Shown here in pieces: positions 36,561 through 47,700 of a DNA stretch of 64,000 nt. The stretch is from Octopus bimaculoides (Eukaryota). The stretch lies in assembly GCF_001194135.2 (NCBI RefSeq), contig NC_069005.1, positions 16,212,916 to 16,276,915 on the forward strand. Direction: 5' to 3'. Numbering within the stretch: position 1 is the stretch's first letter; every line of letters starts with the position of its first letter. The translations under genes were made by a program, and so were the position numbers. The notes under the pieces are model-generated. The model was not told where the DNA came from, made no database searches, and was given only the letters and a program-made list of their open reading frames with translations.

Positions 36561-37789
36561 CAGTCTGATCTACTTGTATTTATAAGTATGTAGACCAGCT
36601 AGAAAAAGAGGTATGCCATTGTAACTGTGACTAGTCAACTATGGGATAACTTACTTTATTTATTCAAACTCTATGTAGCCTAGACTCTTTGTTATGGGTC
36701 AAGAGGAAAACGCATCACTCAAAATGTTGGCAAGGCCATAGGTTGAAAGAAACGACGTTGTTCCTTGACAGAACAATAAGGCTGTATAGTTAGGGGGAAA
36801 TTTACCAATTCAGTTTTGAAACTCAGATAGGGCTAAGTGAGGTCTCTACATACATATATAAATACACATACAAACAAAGTAAAAATATATGAGATTTATG
36901 AACATAAATAAGATACCTAAAAGCAATATATACGTACATTATATATCAGGTCACTCTTGAGTGCTACTGGTAACATGTAACCCAGTACAAACTGTTGCAT
37001 GGTCAAGTCGTTGGTGACTAAACTGGCAACCCTACTGAACTTGTTTGGTGAGGAGGGTGTTTGTTGGACACTCTGCAAGATGAAAAACAAAACTCACCAA
37101 AGGGCGGAGGAATTCACAAGTAGTCAATGATCATTCAATATATGTATGTATGTATGTCATTGTTGTTACTTAACATCTGTCTTCCATGGCGGCATGAGTT
37201 AGATGGTTTAACTGGAGCTGGCAAGCCAGAGAGCTGCACCAAGCTCCAACTGTCTGTTTTTGGTATGGTTTCTATGGCTGGATTCCCTTCTTAATAGCAA
37301 TCACTTTGCAGAGTGTACTGAGTGCTTTCTACTTGGCACCAGCATGGGCGTTTTTTATGTGGCATCAGTGCAGGTGCTGTTTATATGGCACTGGCATAGG
37401 CACTTTTTTCGTGGAACCAGTGCAGGTGTTTTTTATGTGGTACGGGTACAGGTGTTTTTTACTTGGCACCTGCACCAGCAACGTTGCCAAGTAAGTTACA
37501 AGACAAATGAAGGATGTTTCATAAGAGCATGGGGGAAGACATGACTGTAGCAAGTGATGGTGAGATTAAGGAAAAATAAGAAGTCATGGGGAGTTGGTGG
37601 ATGGGCACATGAGAGAGAGAGAGAGTGGAGGGGAGAGGCATGGCTTATAGTAGGTGTTGGGAAGATGGGGAGTTTTGACAGAGATCTGATCATGTGTGTG
37701 TGCGTGTGTGTGTGCATGTGTGTAAGTTTGGGCCATAACCATAAAGAACATGCATGTATGTGTGGAAGGCCACAAGTTCACCAAGCTTG

Positions 37790-38310
37790 ACATGTCTTCT
37801 GAAGCACAGCAAATCACCAGAAGGGCAAGATTGTTTCATCTGCAGGGAAAGTGATGGCCTCAGTTTTTGAGGATGTAGAAGGCATTGTGTTTGTTGACTA
37901 TCTTGAAAAGAGCCGCACCATCAATGGAGAATATTATGCCAACTTGCTGAGGCAGTTACAAAAAGCTACCAAGACCAAACAGCTAAGAAAACTGTTTCAT
38001 CAGGACAATACTCCAGCACACAAGTCCTTGGTTTCAATGGCTGCTGTGCATGACTGTGAGTTTGGACTGGTTGACCATCATCCTTATTTGGCCCCATCTG
38101 ACTATCATATGTTCCCCAACATGAAAAAACACTTAGCTGGGAACCAGTATCACAATGATAGTGACATCATATCTGCTGTTGATGACTTTTTTGACCAACA
38201 GAATGAACGTTTCTTCACCAATGAGATCTGAGTACTGAAACACTGATGGAAGAAGTGTGTAGGCCAAAAGGGGACTATGTTGAAAAATAAACCTCATTTG
38301 GCCACATTTC
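37790..38310 (+). mobile_element. mariner (irritans/Himar-like) transposase 3' remnant
   Basis: GKVMASVFEDVEGIVFVDYLEKSRTINGEYYANLL..LFHQDNTPAHKS..LAPSDYHMFPNMKKHLAG. Confidence 0.88.
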
Positions 38311-39214
38311 ATGAAGACTTATTCTTTGTAAGTCTAGAACTTATTCCATCACTTGCTTTTACCGAACTGATAATTTACGGGGGACGTAAACACTAACATC
38401 AGCTATCAAGTGATGGTGGAGAGACAAACACAGACACACAAATACATACATACATTTATATGTGTGTGTGTGTGTGTGTATACGACAGGCTTCTTTCAGT
38501 TTCTGTCTACCAAATCCACTCACAAGGCTTTGGTCGATCCGAGGCTATAGTAGAAGACACTTGGTCCTGTATTTTGATGGCAATATTGAGATCTTTGGCA
38601 CTATGCAGTGGTGCCTTCTTCTGCCTCACAGTTGGACTGAACCTAAAATCACCTGGGTGCAAAATGATATTCTTATCCACACAACCATTATTAATTTGTG
38701 TGGAAAAGAAATGAATGCAATTATTTGTAATTTGTATGCAACATTACATAAGTATAGAAAATTTGAACCAAATGAAAAAGATAAGATATGGAAAAAAACT
38801 ATCCATTTTCTTACTCATGTAAGTAACATGGACATCTATTCCAAAGCTCTGCCAATTTTCATGAAACTAAAAGTGAAAAATGTAAAGAAGATATGTTCCT
38901 TTGGTTAAGGAGAATCAGGAAATAAAGAAAACCAGTCCTTGTTGTGGTGTGTTGGCCTGGGTGCTTCAGTGACCCTCAGAGCTTTGCCAGAAGTAAAAAT
39001 TTGTCTGCATAGGGCCAACATCCCTACCCAGAGAAAAAAAAAAAGTTACAGAGACATTGGTGATAATTGAAAACCAGCAAAACCTGGGAGAGGAAGACCT
39101 TCTCTTAGGGAAACATACCTGAAGAGTAAGTTGGGATGGAACTCACAAGACAGGCAGAAGAGAGGCTGAAAAAACAGGGCAGTTATAACTGTCCTAGATT
39201 ATTATTTTAATATA

Positions 39215-39240
39215 TGTATATATATAAAAATGAGAATGTG

Positions 39241-39271
<31 letters not shown>

Positions 39272-40669
39272 GTGAATCCCTAAAACTCGAGAACTACGCA
39301 ACCAATTTCATTTAAATTTTACACATGCCTTACTTAGGGTTCCAGTTGTGTTTTAGTAAAAAAAAATTATTAACTTCTTGCAGAGTTTGAGCACACGGCA
39401 ACATAATATCTCCTCCACTATTTAAGTATTACGTGTCAAAAGTGAAACAAAAACACTCATGTCAAATACTTTCACTTTAAAANNNNNNNNNNNNNNNNNN
39501 NNNNNNNNNNNNNNNNNNNNNNNNNNNNNNNNNNNNNNNNNNNNNNNNNNNNNNNNNNNNNNNNNNNNNNNNNNNNNNNNNNNNNNNNNNNNNNNNNNNN
39601 NNNNNNNNNNNNNNNNNNNNNNNNNNNNNNNNNNNNNNNNNNNNNNNNNNNNNNNNNNNNNNNNNNNNNNNNNNNNNNNNNNNNNNNNNNNNNNNNNNNN
39701 NNNNNNNNNNNNNNNNNNNNNNNNNNNNNNNNNNNNNNNNNNNNNNNNNNNNNNNNNNNNNNNNNNNNNNNNNNNNNNNNNNNNNNNNNNNNNNNNNNNN
39801 NNNNNNNNNNNNNNNNNNNNNNNNNNNNNNNNNNNNNNNNNNNNNNNNNNNNNNNNNNNNNNNNNNNNNNNNNNNNNNNNNNNNNNNNNNNNNNNNNNNN
39901 NNNNNNNNNNNNNNNNNNNNNNNNNNNNNNNNNNNNNNNNNNNNNNNNNNNNNNNNNNNNNNNNNNNNNNNNNNNNNNNNNNNNNNNNNNNNNNNNNNNN
40001 NNNNNNNNNNNNNNNNNNNNNNNNNNNNNNNNNNNNNNNNNNNNNNNNNNNNNNNNNNNNNNNNNNNNNNNNNNNNNNNNNNNNNNNNNNNNNNNNNNNN
40101 NNNNNNNNNNNNNNNNNNNNNNNNNNNNNNNNNNNNNNNNNNNNNNNNNNNNNNNNNNNNNNNNNNNNNNNNNNNNNNNNNNNNNNNNNNNNNNNNNNNN
40201 NNNNNNNNNNNNNNNNNNNNNNNNNNNNNNNNNNNNNNNNNNNNNNNNNNNNNNNNNNNNNNNNNNNNNNNNNNNNNNNNNNNNNNNNNNNNNNNNNNNN
40301 NNNNNNNNNNNNNNNTAGCTGGTCTTCTCTTGGAAGAGCCCTGCTTCTCATATGGACAACTGTATGTTGGCTGCTCAAGAGTGAGCAACAACAAAAAACC
40401 TATTTGTATATGCTCCACAAGGGAAAACAAGGAACATAGTTTACAATGAGGTGTTATAATCACAACAGCAAGAAAGTATGTACATGATCACCTTCTTTTA
40501 CGAAACTTCATTGACTTTCATATATTTATATTGATATACATATATATACGTGTGTTTGGGTGCGTGTGTGTATATACATCTCTATATATAAAGATGATGC
40601 GTAGTCTAGACGGCGTTTTTAGATTTCATTATTCTCTTTAACCCGGGCAACGCCGGGTATTTCTGCTAG
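39215..40669 (+). mobile_element. Internally deleted Helitron with both termini (about 830 nt lies in an N gap)
   Basis: 5' a|TGtatatatataaaa (degenerate TC) followed by (GTCT)n and actacgcaaccaatttcatttaaattt. Helicase end PCFSYGQLYVGCSRV..RNIVYNEVL* at 40320-40460. 3' hairpin CCCGG-gcaacg-CCGGG then tatttctgCTAG|T. Confidence 0.85.
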
Positions 40670-40779
40670 TCATTAATATAATTCTAATAAGCAGATCTGC
40701 CAAATTTTGTTATTCCAAATTGAAAGAAACTGCTTTGATAACATTTTGAACCCTAACCCTAACCCTTAATAAGCAGTGC

Positions 40780-41190
40780 TCGTTACAGCTGACTAGTTTG
40801 CTGAAGGCCGTCGGGTTATGAAGACAATTTGGAAGCTTGCTACACAAAAACGTTTGATGTTAAACTTGGCAAAAACGCTACAGAAACTTACGAAATGCGC
40901 CAGGCTGCTTATAGATTAACTTGTAAGAACTAAGGATGTGTTTTACATTGGCGTAAGAGGATGAAGGATGGTAGAGAGGATGTGAGAAACGATGAGAGGT
41001 GTGGGAGTGAGAGGGACGCCCGAACGTGAGCTGGTTGAGAAAATTTATAACTTTTTGGGACCTTCACGAAGTGTCTGGAGCCCTACAACAAGCGCATTGA
41101 AGTAGGAACACCCTACTTTGAAGGAGATAAGAGTTTTATACTTCATCGAAAGGAAATGAGGACAGCAGAGTAAAGTCCTTGATAGACCTT
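40780..41190 (+). mobile_element. Internally deleted mariner, same family as 30950-31700
   Basis: VKLGKNATETYEM (N-terminus) is joined to FTKCLEPYNKRIEVGTPYFEGD (C-terminus). Confidence 0.75.
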
Positions 41191-41809
41191 GATCCATAGG
41201 GAGAGAAGGTTTCAGTAAGTAGTAAGGGAATAAAGGAGTTTGTTGAGCAACAGGAGGCACTCCATTTGAGCTGCTAGAAGTAGTAGCCAATTTTCTAAGC
41301 AGTAGCAAATTAGGAGGGTAAAGATTCCAAGACAGAATATTCATGGCTGGAATGCTTTTGTTCAAAGGTCTGAATAGGTTTTCGTTTATATTATCAATTA
41401 TACAGTTGAATAAATACGTGTATGGTGAGAAGACAAATCTGACATTTCGGTACTGATACTGCGTCCGAGAGAAAAGATAATTTTCAATTGAATATTCCGA
41501 AAAATCTCTATTTACATGGACGAAAGATCAATACAGGAACGAGAGATTTCTTTTCTCTATGAATTTTTCTGTCACTAACAGCTTACTCGGAGTTATCTCC
41601 CCTTATTTCACTCAAGAATCCCATGATGCAATTGTACCATAACCTCCATTATTGACTTTTGCAACGTTAACTACGCTTGACACTTATATATATATTTAAC
41701 GTTACTCTGCATATTACAGTATTACACAAAATATATATACTTTATTGTATACACATAGTTCGTGTTACACGTAATGTTGTAGTTGTATTATAACAGCTGT
41801 GTTGAAGCG

Positions 41810-41918
41810 ATGTTTTACAAGAACACGGCCCTTGTAGGACTCCTTACAGTCACAGTCGCCACAGCTGCTGCCTACGTGTTGTGGGGTCCACCACACAAGA
41901 AGAAGACACGCAAAAAAG
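41810..41918 (+). CDS. USP30: USP30-like deubiquitinase, first recognised coding exon (N-terminal mitochondrial TM anchor)
   Basis: ATG at 41810 gives MFYKNTALVGLLTVTVATAAAYVLWGPPHKKKTRKK. The hydrophobic segment, YVLWGP and basic tail match the USP30 N-terminus as I recall it (YVIWGPITERKKRRKG). Donor AG|GTAACA after 41918, phase 1. A possible acceptor (ataacag|) at 41796 lies just upstream. Confidence 0.88.
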
Positions 41919-42536
41919 GTAACACATTACTCACACATTTCATAAAGGTTTCTTCTCTTAAATTAGTTTACTTTCCAGTAGAAATGGTATTCAGAAAAGC
42001 TCATATATACACACACACATAGTGTCATGTTAATGAGAAATGTGTATAGTATGTATGTATATACATATATATATGATCTGATGATGACCTGATGACCTCT
42101 TCGCGAAAAATTATTTTGGCACATCTTTAAGTAATTAATATTACATTTTAATTATTCGATCCTAAATAGTATAGAGCCTTCGTTTCATATACCATTTCTT
42201 GTCATTTTGAACAGGCCCCTCTCTCACTCACTGTGTCGTGGTGTTTTTACTGGATAAACGAATGTTTTTAATATTTGTTTATCTAACAACCTTTGCTACC
42301 CCTCCTCGTAGTCAAAGAGGAAACCTTTTACGATGGTTTGATCTCCTGGAAATAACAGCTGACTCTCCTTCATGTTATATTCTATTACCTTAGAAAAAAA
42401 AGTTACATCGGATAATGTATAGGCTAACTCTATAGTTTTTTCGTACATATATATGTGGGACTAATCATAAATCCAAAACAATCCTGGAAATATAAATATT
42501 GATTTGGGTATATTTTGCATATACGAAACGAATGTG

Positions 42537-43863
42537 CGGCGCTCTTTTAGAAACGCACCTCTCCAAGAAAATGAAATGCAATCTTAAAAAAAGTTATGAA
42601 AATGGACAATATATACAAAATAAATGGTGTATGCAAAAAAAAAAAAAAAAAGAAAGATTCATTCATTTTAAAATATTTTATACTTAAAAATAAAACAAAC
42701 GGGAAACGGGCACCCGTGGAATATAAACAAACTTGTCGGACGATACAAGGGGCGGTAATTTACTTTTACTAGTCAGGTATTATTAATGATACAAGAAGCT
42801 CGACAATATCCTTTGCAAATTCTTGATTGTTTTTAATCAGATTTTTTTTTTTTTACTGTGCACTCTGGTTCGNNNNNNNNNNNNNNNNNNNNNNNNNNNN
42901 NNNNNNNNNNNNNNNNNNNNNNNNNNNNNNNNNNNNNNNNNNNNNNNNNNNNNNNNNNNNNNNNNNNNNNNNNNNNNNNNNNNNNNNNNNNNNNNNNNNN
43001 NNNNNNNNNNNNNNNNNNNNNNNNNNNNNNNNNNNNNNNNNNNNNNNNCCTGAAATTGCAAATTATTTAAAATATAAAAATATAATTTTCAACAGAGAGA
43101 ATTTATCAAAATAGAAAACAAATGAAGTTTGAAGTTTAAAAATAATAGGATCAACCACTCACGACTAGCTAGCGCGGACGCGCGAACTTTCGAGTAATAG
43201 ATAGATAGAGAGAGAGAGAGACAGACAGACAGACATATAGCTCGCTCCGGCCAGTCATGGTATTAGCTGTCAGTAGCCAAAGAATCGACAGGCCAGCAAC
43301 AGGCAGGCAGGCAGACAGACAGACAGATACTTCACTAGCAGTGAGCACTTTCACTTCTGACAGCTAATAGCATGATAGTGCCGGGTTAGGATTAGTGTTA
43401 GGGTTACTATTAGTTTTGGGATTAGTTTTAGGGTGAAGGTTAGGTGGTGTGAACTCACTTTACCTTCGCTCATTTTATGATTTGATATACGACAGAAATA
43501 ATTATGAAGTAATAGAGTAAATATGTTTAAGACGTATGCAAGTTTTGTAATTTTTATTTTTAGTTTACAGAGAAAATAAATTATACAACATATAACTCAG
43601 TGGCTATTTGGCCCCTCATATTATTAATAATCCGATTGGTAAAAGAAAATTACCGCCCCTTGTATCGTCCGACATGTTTGTTTATATTTGCTTGTGCCCG
43701 TTTTCCTTTTGTTTCATTTTTTTAGTATAAAATATTTAAAAATAGATGAATCTTTCTAGTTTTTTGCATACATCCTCTATTTTGTACATATTTTGCATTT
43801 TCTTAACTTTTTAAACAATTGCATTTCATTTTCTTGGAGAGGTGTGTTTCTAAAGGTGCACCG
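42537..43863. mobile_element. ~1.3-kb foldback/MITE-like element with ~250-bp TIRs, in USP30 intron 1
   Basis: 42537-42790 is the reverse complement of 43618-43863 (e.g. tttagaaac.cacctctccaagaaaatgaaatgcaat and gtcggacgatacaaggggcggtaatt). The core holds a second IR, GATA/GA/GACA microsatellites and a TTAGGG-like tract. Confidence 0.88.
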
Positions 43864-44199
43864 AATGCGCAAATTCTTAAACATCACTTATTACATAATT
43901 AAATAGAAATATATTAAATTTGCGATTAACTTCTTTGGAATGTTTCCAGTTTTGTTGTTGTTGTTATTATTCTGCGAGCTGGCAGAATCGTTAACACGCC
44001 AGGCAACATGCTTAGCAGCATTTGGTCCGTCATTATGTTCTGAGTTCAAATTTTTCAGAGGTCAACTTTGCCTTTCATCCTTTCGGAGTCGATAAATTAA
44101 GCACCAGTGACACACTGGGGTCGATGTAATAGACTAGTCTCATCTCCCTAAATTTCAGGCCTTGTGCCAATAGTAGAAAGGATTATTATTATTGAGTGA

Positions 44200-44740
44200 G
44201 AGTGTAGTGCATGCCATCAAAGTGACACTGGGGTACAACTATACAAAGCCTCATATCATGATTATCCGTCTGATAAGGGTACACCAGACACATACATTAC
44301 AACCATATGTGTGTGACGTGGTGGTCTCATAAACAAGATAAATAGTGCAGGACCTTGCAGGGGTGGGAGAGCAGTTAGAATTTTTTTAGATTGAGTAGCC
44401 CATCTCACTGAAAAGGTACCTGAATAAAGTTTAAGAATGATGAACGAAACACACATTTTTCCAGAGGTGAATTATTCAAACACCAAAAAATTCCTGTCAA
44501 CACATCGCTATGATGTTCTCCCACTACTTCTGCTTGTGATCAGAGATGCACATATCATCAGTCACTAAAGGACATGCTCAACTTGTTAAGGTCAAGCAAC
44601 TGACAAGCAAATCTGTGGTATTGAGTAGAATATTTGCTGCAGCTCATCTTACATACCAGAACAAGACATATACATGATAGCACTTCTAATCAGTTAACAT
44701 CAAAAGCCACGAGATCCACTGCCAGTATTGCATCGGGACT
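44200..44740 (+). repeat. Unclassified ~530-bp dispersed repeat; second direct copy at ~55505-56025
   Basis: Colinear sequence gagtg..gtgcatgccatcaaa..gataagggt.cacc..ccactgcc.gta.tgcat. Both copies are flanked by (ATT)n. Confidence 0.85.
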
Positions 44741-44744
44741 TTTA

Positions 44745-47700
44745 TTATTATTATTGTTATTTTCATATAGAATCAACAGTTTAGACTGTTGGAAAAGAAA
44801 AATACCCTAACATCAGGCTACAACAAGTGACCTTAGAAGCCAAGAACCCTCCTATTGAGCTACAGCAAATAACCTTAGATGCCAAGAACCTTCCTAAGTA
44901 TCCTAGCTGTCCCTAATAACACTGTTTTCTGGAGCTGTACTAAACTGGGTTTTATACCTATTTCCTCTGTCCATCTGTTCAGAACTTTAACAGTTCCTAA
45001 TGCACCTATAACTACTGGAAAACATTTTACCTGCACTTTCCATAGTCTCTGTAAATCAGTAGCTTGGTCCTGGTGTTTTGTTATTTTTTTTCTATACTTC
45101 TCATATTAATGTTTTCATCATTTGGGACTGTAAAAAACCCATGTAATTTGCGTACCTGTGTTTGTTTAAAATATGCTTCTACTCATGTAAAATTTGCAGC
45201 CCAAAATTTTCAGAATTGTTGATATAGTCAGGGAAAAAAAAAATGTTTTTCAATTTAGTTGTATTTAGCATAATTTCACTTACGATTAGATTTTATTAAA
45301 TTTTCATTAGATAAAGTGTTTGTGTTATAATAAACTTTATTTTACATTTCTTGCCCATGAGATTAAGTCCGATCTTTAGCAAACTTCTGTATGTCTTCTC
45401 AAATCACCATCACATGAAAAGTTAAGAATTACCAACAAAAGCAAAGCTGTTAAATATGCACAGGTGTTGCAAATTAAGTTTAATTACCAGTAAACATCAG
45501 CTTGGATGACACTTTACTCAACTGACAGAGGAAGGAGACCGATCAAACTGATTATGTAAACAGAATTCTTTTCCACCTATTCTTGTCGGAACCTTTGATA
45601 CAGTGTATTGAAATTTTAATCCCTTTCACACTTATAAAATGTCAAGCAAACTTTAAAATTTTGTCATTACCATTATTGTCAGTATGGACAGAAATTATGA
45701 ATTGTTTACTGCAAAGGAGAAATTAAATATGTTGAATATGCATTTGAACGTGGCAATAGAGCTGCTGGAAGGTATTTTAATGTTAATGAAGCCAATGTTC
45801 AAAATTAGTGCAAACAGTACGACAAACTTAAAACCGTGCCTAGTAATAAACAGACAAAAATAAAAACATACAATCAAGATTATCCATATCATTACATATT
45901 TTTCAGTCAGGAATATCCATATCTCTATGTATTTCATGTCTTTTTTCAAGAAAAATTTCAAAAATAAATTCTGGAAATGATCTCATGTAATTTATGCACC
46001 CATATTATTTTTGGGATAAAAAGTGTGTAAATTACATGGGTTTTTACGGTATCTGGCACTTTCTATTCTCTTTATCTACTACTACTACCAAATCAGGTCT
46101 TCTAGCTTCTATTACTGTGTCAGTCTGAATGTTGAAATCCCACTACATCTTATATTTCTTACTTTTTAGTACTTTACTAGGTTCATATTCATACTATTTA
46201 TCAGTATGTTCAAATCCTAGCTTTCTACGTAGCTCCCAGTGGATTACATTCTCTAGACTGTTGTGTCTTTTGTATTCTTTCTGTACCAGCATGCCACATT
46301 CACTTTCTATGTGAGCAACACTTTCCCCTTTTGATTTGCATAATCTACAGAGGGAATCTACTTGGTTTTTGTCTATCCTGGCTTTTATCCAAATTAGTCT
46401 TTAATACTTGATCTTGTGCAGCTTCTAACAAACTTTCTGTACCCCTCTTCAACTTTCCTTTCTGCAACCATAACCATGTCTCACTACTACTATTTGCTGC
46501 AACTGTCTTTGAGAATCTACCATGCAATGCCTTCTCCTGCCAGTTAGATAATTTCTGTTCTTTTTTCTGGTTTTTAACTTCGTTTGGTTTTTCGTTTCGC
46601 TATGCCTTGCTGTGACTCTAGCAGCTTCTGATAAACTGTCATCACTATTACCTACATAGGTGTCTATATTTACTCTATCTAACTCCACGCAATCTTCTAC
46701 TGATAACCTTTTTCCACCTTTTCTAGGTAGGTATAATCTTGCTACTCCTGCCCTTGGGTGGAGTCCTCCATTCATATTGATTTCCTTCCTAGTTCTTCTG
46801 TCTAGCTTTTTTACTTCAGTTTTTGTCCAATCTACAAAAGCTGCTGAGTATCTAAGTAACGATAACTGCACAAGTATTTACAGCCTTCACTAGATTTGTA
46901 CCAACTAGCTTTGACTTTATTAGCTTCCTCACCCTTCTGATGTACTCCTTCTCAATTTTTATTTTCATAGTTAGTACCCTGTCAGATTCTAATACTCTTA
47001 GACATTTTTTACTCTCTCCTTCTTTCAATGATTTTAATGTCTGACCATCTAGTAATTTGATGCCTTCGCTGTTGACTTCCTGTCCCCTTCTCAGGACTAA
47101 TGTTGCACACTTATCTATGCCAAATTCCATGTCTATATCTTTGCTGAAGAGTCTTACAGTCTGTATTAAGGAATCTATCTCTTTTTCATTCTTACTAAAA
47201 AGCTTCAGATCATCCATGTAAAGCAAATGGTTAATTTTTCTGAACTGATACCCTGCCTTTGCTTTCCTTAATACTAAACTGAGGAAGATCAAACTTAAGA
47301 CAAATATTAAAGAGGACAACGAGTCCCCCTGGAAAATTTCTCTTTTGATATTAACTTTCCCTAAAAGTCTGTCTCCTGAGTAAAGATCTACTTTCCATTT
47401 CTTCATGCTAAAGCTTATTAAGTCTCTTATGTTGTTTGCTATACTGAATATACTCAAACATTCACTTATCCATGAGTGTAGGATCATGTCATAGGCTTTC
47501 CTATAATCTATTCATGCTATTATTAGATTTTTCTTTCTAGCTTTTACTTCATTTAGAACTGCTTTTTTCTATGTATAATAAATCATGCATTCCTCTAGCC
47601 TTCTTCCTGCAACCTTTCAGTTCTTCAGGCAGTAAATTCTGGTTGTCAAGGTGCTCGTAAATGCTTTCTGAAAACATTTCTGTTAATAGCTTCCACACTA

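Noticed and set aside
38935-39180. RTE 5' UTR with an HDV-like ribozyme
   Set aside because: Only a loose resemblance; I could not build the nested double pseudoknot by eye. An Infernal or RNArobo search would be needed.
41045-41365. 106-aa minus-strand ORF divergent from USP30
   Set aside because: Its C-terminal half is the antisense of a mariner remnant and it needs a TTG or internal start. The N-terminal part is unrecognised, so it is not supported as a gene.
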